A stretch of DNA of 64,000 nt from a virus (taxonomy: Duplodnaviria > Caudoviricetes). A program made the position numbers and the translations under genes. The DNA lies in the IMG/VR virus record IMGVR_UViG_3300028886_000089, positions 5,080 to 69,079 of that record; one strand, 5' to 3'. The notes beneath the pieces were generated by a model. The model was given only the letters and a program-made list of their open reading frames with translations, ran no database searches and had not been told where the DNA came from. Each line of letters opens with the position of its first letter. Positions within the stretch are counted from its first letter, which is position 1. Shown piece after piece: positions 45,176 through 56,200 of this stretch.

Positions 45176-46097
45176 TGAAGAAAAAAAAGAAGGATTAGAA
45201 ATAATCGAAGAAGACGCATTTGAACCTGAAATGAGTGACGAAGAACTTGAACAATTCTACGAGGATAATAAAGATGCTATCGACCTCATCGGTGGTCTTG
45301 ATATGTTTGAATCTTTAATGGGTCTTGATGATGAAACATTTATTCAACTCAAGCCACAAGTTCTTCAACTCTTTGCAGAAACCCTTCATGAACCGGAATC
45401 CATTTCAGAGTTTAGAACACTCGCTATCGCACAAGGATATACACAAGAAACTGCTAAGGCAGACTTTGAATTAGCTGTTCAGGCAATTAATGAAATTGAT
45501 TTCTTATCTGAAGCTAAAAAAGATTTTCTTAAAGAAATCTATACAATGGCAAGTAATCAACTAGCCGCAGTAATTGGTGAAGCTAATCCTGTGATACGAA
45601 TACCCTGCGAAGTTGCCGAAGGAGTCAAAGTCCCTGTCTACGTGCATGAAACGGATGCTGGCATGGACATATTCGCAAATGATGAAATCACTCTGGCGCC
45701 AGGCGAGACTAGAATCATTGGAACAGGTATTAAAGTCGCTATCCCAGATGGATACGCTCTTCTCATTCAGCCACGTTCCGGACAATCCGCAAAAACAAAA
45801 CTTCGTATTGCCAACACGCCAGGTCTCATTGACTCCGGATATCGCGATGAAATCGGTGTCATCATGGAAAACATTGAGCCACCTTTCAAAGACATCGACT
45901 ATGAATTCGATGAAAACGGAGAAATTCACATCAAGTCTATACTCCATGGAGAGGCTTATACAATTGCACCAGGACAACGTTTTGCCCAAATGCGATTAGT
46001 TCAAGTTCCAAAAGCCGAATTTGTGCAAGTGGAATCTGTAGGAGAAATTGGCGAAGACCGTAAAGGCGGATTCGGAAGCACAGATATAGTTGAGTAA
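45153..46097 (+). CDS. dut: Trimeric dUTPase with long acidic N-terminal extension (start may be 45168)
   Basis: AGMDI, PRSG, NTPGLIDSGYRDEI, RFAQ, RKGGFGST. Confidence 0.9.
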   Translation: MFGTIMNDEEKKEGLEIIEEDAFEPEMSDEELEQFYEDNKDAIDLIGGLDMFESLMGLDDETFIQLKPQVLQLFAETLHEPESISEFRTLAIAQGYTQETAKADFELAVQAINEIDFLSEAKKDFLKEIYTMASNQLAAVIGEANPVIRIPCEVAEGVKVPVYVHETDAGMDIFANDEITLAPGETRIIGTGIKVAIPDGYALLIQPRSGQSAKTKLRIANTPGLIDSGYRDEIGVIMENIEPPFKDIDYEFDENGEIHIKSILHGEAYTIAPGQRFAQMRLVQVPKAEFVQVESVGEIGEDRKGGFGSTDIVE

Positions 46098-46821
46098 AAT
46101 TAAAATCGAAGATATAAGAAAGGCGGCGATAGAACACGGTTGGGAATTATACTCAACCGAATATAAAAATTTAGATACAACACTTGAATTTATATGTGAA
46201 GAAGGACATCAAGTCTTTCTTCCATATAAAAAAGTAAGAGACAAATGGGAATGTCCAATTTGTATTAAAAATCAATTCACATATTTTGAAGAAAAAATAA
46301 TTCCAAAGAAAAAGAATATACAGCGTTCAATTGGACTTGACCAAGCTACTCATAGTACAGGCTATTCAATTTTCGATGACGGAGAACTTATCTATGCTGG
46401 TACATTTGAGGCGGTCGCAGACGATGAAATAGAACGTGATATAGAAATAAAAAATTGGCTTATTCAATTAATTGCAAATTGGAAGCCAGATTTAATTGGT
46501 ATCGAAGGTATTCAATTGCAACAACTTAATAATAAAACTGTTGGAGTCACGACTTATCAAACACTCGCGCGACTGCAAGGCATACTTATGGCAACCTGTG
46601 TAGAACAACGCGTTGACTACATCATATGCCCGCCCGCGACATGGCGTTCGCATTGTGAGGTGAAGGGCCGCACACGTGCAGATAGAAAACGGTCAATGCA
46701 AACAAAAGTCAAAGAATGGTTTGATATAACTGTCTCTGATGATGTAGCTGATGCAATTGGAATCGGTAAATATATAAATGATAAGCATAAAAAGAAAGTT
46801 GAAATATTCAACTGGGAATAG
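46090..46821 (+). CDS. RuvC-like Holliday junction resolvase with N-terminal Zn ribbon
   Basis: IGLDQATHSTGY, IGIEG, DDVADAIGIG; CEEGH..CPIC. Confidence 0.8.
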   Translation: MSKIKIEDIRKAAIEHGWELYSTEYKNLDTTLEFICEEGHQVFLPYKKVRDKWECPICIKNQFTYFEEKIIPKKKNIQRSIGLDQATHSTGYSIFDDGELIYAGTFEAVADDEIERDIEIKNWLIQLIANWKPDLIGIEGIQLQQLNNKTVGVTTYQTLARLQGILMATCVEQRVDYIICPPATWRSHCEVKGRTRADRKRSMQTKVKEWFDITVSDDVADAIGIGKYINDKHKKKVEIFNWE

Positions 46822-46833
46822 GAGGATTAGTTA

Positions 46834-47220
46834 ATGGTTAATGTAACAATGGACCAAATTATTGCTTTTAGAAATAACGGAGATTTTTTCAGTAATACAA
46901 CTCTTCCGCTTAAAGGTGCGTATAAACTGAATAAAATTAAAAAAGCAGTTGAGAAAGAAGGTGAGTTTTATACTGAAAAGTTCCAAGAAATTGTTGAACA
47001 GTATGCAAAGCATGATGAGAATGGGCAGCTTGTGTTTAGTGATGATGGAAATCAGATTTTAATTAAAGATGGAATGGTTGATGAGTGTAATAAAGCACTA
47101 GAGGACCTTCAAAGTTTAGAAGTTCAAGTTGAAACTTATGGACTTACACTTGATGATCTTGGAGAGAATCTTGAATGTACTCCAGAAGAACTTGAAGCGC
47201 TGATGCCATTTATGGAATAA
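46834..47220 (+). CDS. Hypothetical acidic protein (DUF1617-like)
   Basis: GAGG RBS; LPLKGAYKLNKIKKAV pattern. Confidence 0.55.
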   Translation: MVNVTMDQIIAFRNNGDFFSNTTLPLKGAYKLNKIKKAVEKEGEFYTEKFQEIVEQYAKHDENGQLVFSDDGNQILIKDGMVDECNKALEDLQSLEVQVETYGLTLDDLGENLECTPEELEALMPFME

Positions 47221-47228
47221 AGCAAATT

Positions 47229-47253
47229 AAAAGAGGGTTTAAAACCCTCTTTT
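47229..47253. terminator. Bidirectional intrinsic terminator at the convergence of the replication and late blocks
   Basis: AAAAGAGGGTTT-A-AAACCCTCTTTT. Confidence 0.85.
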
Positions 47254-47260
47254 TTAATGC

Positions 47261-50200
47261 TTATCTAAAGTTTCTTACTTGTGTTACATTTCTGTATCCT
47301 GCACCTTTTGTAATTTCTTTTTTAACTTTTTCTATTACTCTATCTACGTCATAATCTTTTTCAATCTTATCTACATTCACATTAATTTCAAATATATTAT
47401 CTCCACCATATGAATTATTAATTGAATTAGTTGAACCAATTGCTTTACTCAATACATCACGTAATGCAAGAAAGTTTTGTGTATCTTTAGCATTTAATAC
47501 AAGCTCTGGTTTTGAAGGAGTACCATCAAGCCAAGCTGGACCAGTATAATCTGCAAGACCTCCAGTGGCATATTTGCTCCAATCTTTTATTGCGTTTTTG
47601 GATTTATTAGATACATTACCCCACCAACTAGTTACTGTTGCTTTACTATAACCAGCTTTTTTTGCTGCTTTTACCACTTGTTTCCAAGTTAATCCTTTGG
47701 TTTTAGCTAAATCTTTACCCATTTGTGTCATAGATATTCCTGCGGCTTTAGCATGAGCTACAACACTTTTAAATTCATTAGCGCCCATTTTTTTATTGCT
47801 TTGTGCTGCTTGAACTTTAGCTTTATAAGCATTAAGTGGATTAGGCTTAGCAGCAGGGGCTGGAGCAGAATTTGAAGTAGAAGGCGTGGATATAGCTTTT
47901 GTTCCACCTTCTGTTACTTTTCCTCCATTACTTAAACTAACACTACTTCCTGAACTATTAAGCCCGTCTATACCAGCTTTAATAGAATCTAATATACCAC
48001 TTTCTTGACCAGACCAGTTAGCAATTTTAATTGTGCCGTCTTCAATCTGATTAATTATTTGATTTTGAGCTTGATCGCTTGAATATAATGCATCTTGTTT
48101 ATCTTTATTGGTTATTATACCTAAATATAATTCTTCAAATTGTCTTTCTAATTGTTCTTTAATAGCATCTGGTTTTGTATCTGCTTCGTTGGCTGCCATA
48201 AAGGCTTCATACATGGCCTGTTTATTATCAGGGTTTTTAGGATCAGCCAACCATTGATTAACTAAACTAGCATTATTAATGGCATCAATTGTTGCTGATT
48301 GTAATTCAATTTGCTGTTCTCTTTGTTGGGCTGCTTGATCGGCTTGTTGTTGTAATTTATCAAGCATTTGGTCTTCAAGAGAACGTTGATAATCTTGCTG
48401 AGCATTGGCAATTTCTTGTTGTAATTGAGCAATTTCAACCTGATGTCCGCCCGAAGTGTCTGCTTGTAACATTGCTAAACGTTGTTGTTTTTGAGAAATA
48501 TCACGTTCAGTTTTTGTATTATCTTCTTGTTGCCTACGTTCATCAAGTTTTCTTTTTACTCCATCAAGTAAATTTTTAAAAGCACTATCTAAACTATCAG
48601 ATAACTTTTTAAAATTGTCAAGTTCTTTTTTCTGCTCTGCATCACTAATTTCCCATAACTGGTTAGCGTAACCTGCCCACTCATCTTTTAAGGTTTTTAA
48701 CTCATTGTAAAATTCAGCAGTAGAAGAGGTTATAGTATCCATACGATTATTTATGGCATCACTTTTATCAACTAATGATTTTACATAATCTTGAATAGCT
48801 TTAGCTTTTTCATCATTTATTAAACCAGCTTGTCGATCAGCTTCAAAACTAGCAGTATTAAATTTAGTGTCTAAAGTTCCATCTGCTCTTTGAGTAACAG
48901 TCAAATATTTCCAAGCATCATCTAAAGTATTAATTTGTTTTTCTAATTTTTCACCCCAGTTTAAATAGCCCTTTCGGTCTGTTTCATTTAAAGTTCTTCC
49001 ATCTGGACCTTTATTTGTTTTTAAATAACCTTGAATAGCTGTTAATGTTGCTTTTTCATCAGCTAAACTCATTGTACGACGTAAATCATCACGCTCTTCA
49101 CCCAATGCTTCAATATTATTTTGTAAATTAGTAGCCTGAGATTGTACTTGCGTTGAAAAAGCATCAATTGAAGCTTGAGAAACATCCACTGCTTTTTGAA
49201 TACCACTACCTACTTTTGCATCAAGCAATTCTGTGTATGATTTAGCTCTATTAATATGATTTTCTGCTTCTGCAATTTTTTGAGTAATATTCCAAATTTT
49301 TGTAAGTTCATTTTCCCAAGCAAAGAAAGTGTTATACAATTCTTCGCCGAATTTTTCAAGAGCTTCTTGAGCTTTTTCAATAGCATCTTCTGCAGATTGC
49401 TTTTTTGAACGTTCATCATTTAAGGCTTTGCTCGCTGCTTCGGCTACAGCTTTACGTTTTGCAGAACTTTTAATCTTTTTTAATGCTTTTTCATCTACTT
49501 GACCATTTTTAATATATTTAGATAAATCAATATAATCTGTTTTACTTTTCTTACCTTTTTTATAAGAAATTTCTTCAACTGCTACATTACCTTTTTTATA
49601 TTCTTTTTTGCGTTGTTTTTTTGTAGCTTTTTTATTTAATCCACTAGATTCTAAAGCGTCTAATTCTAGTTTTGCTCTGTCTCTTTGTTGTTCATTTAAT
49701 TTTTGATATTCTTTTATATTTTTAATATAATCATCACCGCCGCCTCCGCCAGAGGCAACAGATTCTCCTGTTTTTCGTAGAGTGGCTCGTATATCTTTTG
49801 TGTATTTCTCAAAATCTTTCGCAGCTCTATCCATTATACGTTGAGTATCTTGAGTACTACGAGCGATATTTTCCCACCAAACAGTTACTTTATAAACTTT
49901 ATCTCCAATATCTTTAAAAGTTTTTTCAATTTGTTTTGCAGCTTTTTTAGTATCTGTATTTTTATTTTGTGTATTCTTATTACCACCACCACTAGTAGTA
50001 GTTGTAGTAGAGCCTTTTTTCTTATAAGAGCTAGCCTTAGCTGACATATCAGCGTGAGATCCAGCAGGAATTGATTTTTGCTTTAAAATACGTTTTGATT
50101 GTTCATGAGTCCAAACAACCGCATCTCCTGGTAAATTAACCATTTGCGGTCCATTTGCTCCAAGAATCATTGAACGATTTTCACTTGGAAGCCAAGCTAT

Positions 50201-53200
50201 TTCATATCCCAACTCACCAGTAAGAGTTAATCCACCCTTTCCTTTTGGTCCAAGCTGTCCATAACTACCACGCGCAGCGGAACCCATTGAAGGTGCCGGA
50301 AAATATCCATGATTATGCGCACCAGTAGCTTCCTTAGTAACTGTTTCTTTTATTGTTTTTAAAGTAATAGTTTTGTCTGTTAATCTATGGAATGCTTGAA
50401 CAGCGCTAGTTAAACTTTGAACACCACTTAACCCGCTAGTTTTCGCTGTTAAATTAATAGTTTTATTATTTAACTTACTAAAATCTTTAACTGCAGCTGA
50501 TAATTTATTTGCTCCATCTGCTCCACTAGCAGTTACGTTAATATTTTTGTTGTTAGAAGCTTTTGTTAAAGATTCAGCTTGTTTTGCTGCATTTGTTAAT
50601 CCAGAATCATTAACATTAATTTTAAAAGTTGCGCCTTGTTGAATTGTAGAAACTGTATTGTCTACTTGTGTTTTTAAATTAGTTAATTTAGCTTCACTTT
50701 CAGAAGTATCAACGCTAAATTTACTTTGGCTCTCTTGTGCTACATTTTTAGCTACATTAGCAACAGCTTGAGCACCAGTATTAACAGTAGGAGCAATATT
50801 AGAAGATGTGTTAGCTTCAGAATTTACATTATTAATTTTGTCCCACCAGTTTTTTAAGCGTTGCCCTACAGTTGTAATTGCTTTGCTAACATTATCATCA
50901 GCAGGTACAACATCCATAGCTAAAGCAGCTTTATCAGCTTGGGCAAATGCTTGATAAGCAGCACTAATTTTTTCTCCTAAAATAGAAGTTTTTTCTTCTA
51001 ACGCTCCTGTAATTTGATCTTGATATTGAGAATCTAATTGTCCAAAAATACCTAAAGTTTGTAAATCTTCTGCTTTTGGTAAACTACCATTAATTAAATC
51101 TTTATATAGATTAGTAAAAGCTTGAGACTGTGCCGGATCAGAAGCAATTTGAGCTGGATCTAAATTGTCTAAAGCAGTTTTTAAACTTGTATTAATAGAA
51201 GTACGTAAAAGATAATCTGTTTTTCCTTGAATATCTTCCGCTTGCACCGCAGTTTGTTCCGCCGACAATGCACGCCCTTGTGCTCTTCCTTGGTCTTGAG
51301 ATGCCAACTGTGCTTGACGTTGTGCTTCTTGTTCTTGTCTCGCACGCTCAGCTAATTTTTCTCCTTCTAATTGACTTCGTTCTTCTATATTTTTACGTTT
51401 TCGAGCTTGTTCTTCTGCTTCGTATCTTTGTTTAAGCTTCTGTCCCTCAATTTCTCCCTGCTCTTGTAATGTTTTTTGAGTTTTTAAGTTATCTTCAGTA
51501 GCTTTTTTCTCCGCCGCAGCTGCAGCCTGGGCTCTTTTATTTTCAGCCTCCCATCTTTGCTTATTGGCTTCTTCTAATTCTTTTTGCCTTTGTTGTTGAG
51601 CTTCTTTTACTCGCCCTTCATCTCTTGCTGTTTTACCTTCAGATTCAGTAACTGGTTTATTTTGTTCGCGTTCGGTTTGTGTTTTACCTCTTTCTTGCGC
51701 ATTTTTATTAGCTTCTTTTGCTGCTGCTTCTGCTGCGTCTTGTTCAGTTTGTCTAGCTTTATTTCGAGCCTCAACTTCTTTTTGACGTCCTTCAGTTTCT
51801 TGCTTTTCTGCATCAGCACGCTTCTTCATAGCCTCATCGGCCATTTGAATATATTTATCTGTACGAGCCGCATCAGCTTCTGCGCCTTTTTGTACCTGTT
51901 TCCAATAATCTTGTTCTGCACCAGAAGTAATTTTAACTTTTTCCGCGGCAATGGCTGCAGTCTCTCTAAAACTATTAGCAACTTCTTGCATACTAGCTTT
52001 AGTCTGCTCATATTCACCAGCACTAAGGTCAACTAACTTACCATTTTCATCAAGTTTTTTACCTTTAGCAAAAGCTTGGGCTTGTGTATCTATTCCTTTT
52101 CCGCCAACTAATTCTTTATGAGCTTCGTCATAATCTTCTTTAGCTTCTTTACCGGTTCTTGTATCAGCTAAAGCAGCCACTTGAGCACTGATTGTTTCTA
52201 ACACTCCAGTTTGCTTAACTAATTCAGGATTTTCTGCAGCTTCAATTATGCTACTATATAAATCATCATATTGAGCATCACTACCTAATAATCCTAATTG
52301 ATCAGCATAATTTTTAATTTCGTCTTTAGTAAAATCGCCTGTTTCATTAAGAGTCTGAATTAAATCTGGAAGAGTGCTAACTCCCCAATCTTTAGCCATA
52401 GAATCTAAATCTTTAGGACTTAATTGAGAAGCATCAGCAGGAATAGTTTTTACTCCTTCATTTAATAGCTTTGCAATTTGCTCGTCTTGTTGTTCTTTAC
52501 GAACATATCCGGCATTAGCTAATTCCGATCTTAAAGTATCTTCTTTAACATATAAATTTTGTTGTTCTCCAGGGGCAGCTTGAGTTCCTTTAATAGAATA
52601 ATCACTGGCTGCTAAAGCTTTTCGAGCATCTTCTACATTCATAAAGCTAATGTCAGCAAATTGACGACCTTTATTAAGCATAGAAGTTAATAAATCATCA
52701 GAAATACCTAAAGCTTCAGCAACATTATGCCATTGATCATCTGGTATATTAGTAATTAATCCACTTTCTTTATCATAGGTTACTCCAGCTTCTGCTAATT
52801 TATCCATAGCATCTGCATTTTCAAGAACCCTATCTGTAAAAGCATCAAAACCGTCTTGCCCCTCACGAAGCATAGGTTCTAAGCCTTTAATCTTTTTAGC
52901 TACAGCCTCTGCTGCCTCATAACCATCTTTGCCTTTAGTGAGGCGTTCTATTTCTTTTCCGCTAAGTAAAGCTTCCGCACCAGTCCAGAATGTAGCATCA
53001 CCCATGCCTTCGGCATGTTTCTGAATTTCACTACCATAAATATCCTTATAAGTTTCGGTAGTTTTATCAAAGATAGAACGCATTCCTTCTGCAGCGGTTG
53101 AATAATCTCGTTTCGTAGCTTCATTAAAGCTGTCTAATGCTCCTTCAGCCGCGGCGATTTCATCTGTTGCTGTATTTAATGCTTCAGTTAAGTTAGCTCC

Positions 53201-56200
53201 ACCTTCTTTAGTAAAATTACTAATACGTTGAATTTGATTTTCAAGATATTCTGCAAGAGCATCTCCATAGGCACTACCTTCATCTAATGCTTCTTGTTTT
53301 AATTTAATTAAGTCTTGAATTGCAGGTTCAACATTAGCTTTATACTCGGTTTCATTAAGAGTAGTAGCAAACTCCTGTTGAGCTTCTTCAACTTTATCTA
53401 ATGCGTCTTGATATTTACCGCTACCAGTTGTTAAATCAGCAAATCTAGCTGCCATATTATTCGCGGCCTTAATCATTTCACTTCCACTTAAATCTTGAGA
53501 AGCGAGATCTTTAAGACCCATATTAAGAGCATTTCTAAATTCTGGAGCAATTGATTCAAATACTTTCGAATTAGATACGTTTGCTAATAAATTATCATAT
53601 ACTGGTTGAATAGCAGCATCAAAAGCAGCACTATCTTCTCCTAATTTATCAAAACCTTTAATAACTGCATCACTTAATTTTACACCAGAATTACTTAAAT
53701 CTGTTTCAATCTGTTGTCTATGTTTAACAAAATTTTGAACTGCTTTTTCTTCACCATTTTTTAAAGCATCAAGACTATCAATACCATACTTGGTAAAATC
53801 AAAATCTTTTACTCCAACAGATAAACCAAGTAAATCTGCTATATTTCTTACATCTGCTGCAAAAGGAGTTTTTTTATTGTTTATAAGACCAGCATCTTCT
53901 GCTTTAGAGCTAGTAGGATTAACAATACTGTTTCTATATTCTGAACTAATATTTCTAGCATTAATTAACTTTTGTAAAGAGTCCTGTTCAGTATAAGTTT
54001 TATAAGCCTCATCTCTAATTTCTTGTTGTTTTTTTAAGGTTTCGGCAAGTGCCTTATTATTATTAATAATAGCATGTCCTTGCGCATTATAACCTTCTAC
54101 TATTTCAGGATTAATCGCGGCAATATCATCGACAATTTCTAAATAACGTTGATATTGTGAATCATCTAAACTTACATTATAGCCATTACTATCTACACCT
54201 TTGGATAATTGGGCAAATTCACTTTGATATGATTTAAGTTTGGCTATATTATCTTCAGCAGTTTTACTCGTTTCTTTAAAAGTTTCTGTTACTTCCGCAC
54301 CAGCCTCTTTAACTTGTTTAATATGATGACGCACTAATAAAAAACCAGCAGCCAACGCAGCAAGTGGAGCTGCAACTGCAGCAATAGTAGAACCTGCAAC
54401 CACAACTGCACCAGTTGCATCAGTAATACCTACGGTAAATAAACTAATTATACCAGTAGCACCCGATATAGATGCTCCTATTGTAGAAATTGCACCACCA
54501 AAAACAGCAATACCATTGCCTACTACTCCTAATGGACCACCCAATTGAGATAAGGCATTACCAAAAGCAGAAATACCATAACCAGCTTGAGTAAATTTAT
54601 CTGCTATCGCACCGATATCATTGGCAAAGCGTCCCATGTCAGAAACAACGCCTTTTGCTTCGCCATGTCCTTGCCTTTTGTCTATTGCTTGTCTAAAATA
54701 TTTTGCATAAGCCTCTTTTTGTGCATCAGTAGCTTGATTGTTATACCAATCTTTAAATTCATTACTTCGGAAACCATATGCATCAGGATTACCAACCAAA
54801 TACTGCATAGCTTGTTGATGAGCTTGCTGAGTTGATTCTCTAGCAAAAGAACTAGAAAACCCTTTTGCCATATCAGTTCCAAAATATTGTCCCCATTTTT
54901 GAGGTTGTCCTATAAGTTCAATTCCTTTATCTACAGGAATTTGACCTTGTGACATTCCTTTATATATAGAATTAATAAATTGCCTACCTTCATTGGTTAG
55001 CTCTTTTGATAGTCCCTTAGAATTAAACCAATTTAAACTCGCCTGCTTCATGGCCAACTTAGTACCAGGACTATTATTAAACATAGAAAGTTGGTGTTTT
55101 GCATCTAAGTTTCCAAATAACTTAGATGTATCTCCCATCTTAAAGCCTTCTTTGCCACTTAATTGACTAAAAAGTTTCTTGGTATTGGCGTAATCCTCTT
55201 TAGAAGTTTCTTTAACTCCAGCAGTACTACCTTTTTGTCCTGCACCTTTAATACCTTGTCTCTTTGCGATCGCCGCAATTTGTCCCGATATTTTTGATAA
55301 AGATCCAACTATAGGAGTAGTAATTGCTTTAGCTTGATTTGCATTTTTACCTTGACCAAAAAGACCTACCTTGAGCCCTTCTTTTACACTAGATTTAGGA
55401 TCAACTAATCCACCCAATCCACCGATTAAAGCATTAGCTCCACGTCCGGCCATTTTTAAACCAGTAAAAGCTGCAAACACGGATAAGAACGATTTAATCG
55501 CTCCACTACCCATACTTAAAGTATCAATTATTTTATTGGTAATATTTAAGAATCCAGTTAAACCGTCAACAGCCAGTTTAATCATGTTATTATTAGCAAT
55601 ACCCATGGTAAACTGTTGCCATGCATTGTGTAACTGATTTAACTTAGATTCTAATGAATCCATTGTTTTTCCAAACTGCTCATCTGACGCGCCGGCGCTA
55701 TTATTAGCAGCCTCCATTAATTGCATAGTACGGTCATAATTACTAACCATCGCAATAAAACGAGACTGTTGTCTACTACCTGCGGCAGTAGTTGCTATAT
55801 ATCTTTGTTGACTTTGAGATAAAGTATCCCATTTAGCTGAAATATCTAGCATTACCTGGTCAAATTCTCTAAATTGACCATTTGTATCTTTTAAGTCAAC
55901 GCCAATAGTCTTTAAAGCCGCGTCAATTTTATTATAGTCAACCTCTTCTCCATCAACTTCGCTAATTTCAAGAGGATTTTTTTTCATTTCTTGGAAACGT
56001 GCGACAATTGTTTTCATCGCAGTACCAATATTTTCAGCCGGCTCTCTTGTAGTTTCAATTGCTTGTGCTAAGAAAGCTGTTGTTCCTTCAAAACTTGCTC
56101 CTGCAGACGCAGCAATTGAAGCAGTACGCTGCATAGCAGTACCGAGTTCTTCAGTATCTGAAGCCGTAATCGCAGCTAATTCTGAATATACATCATTAAC

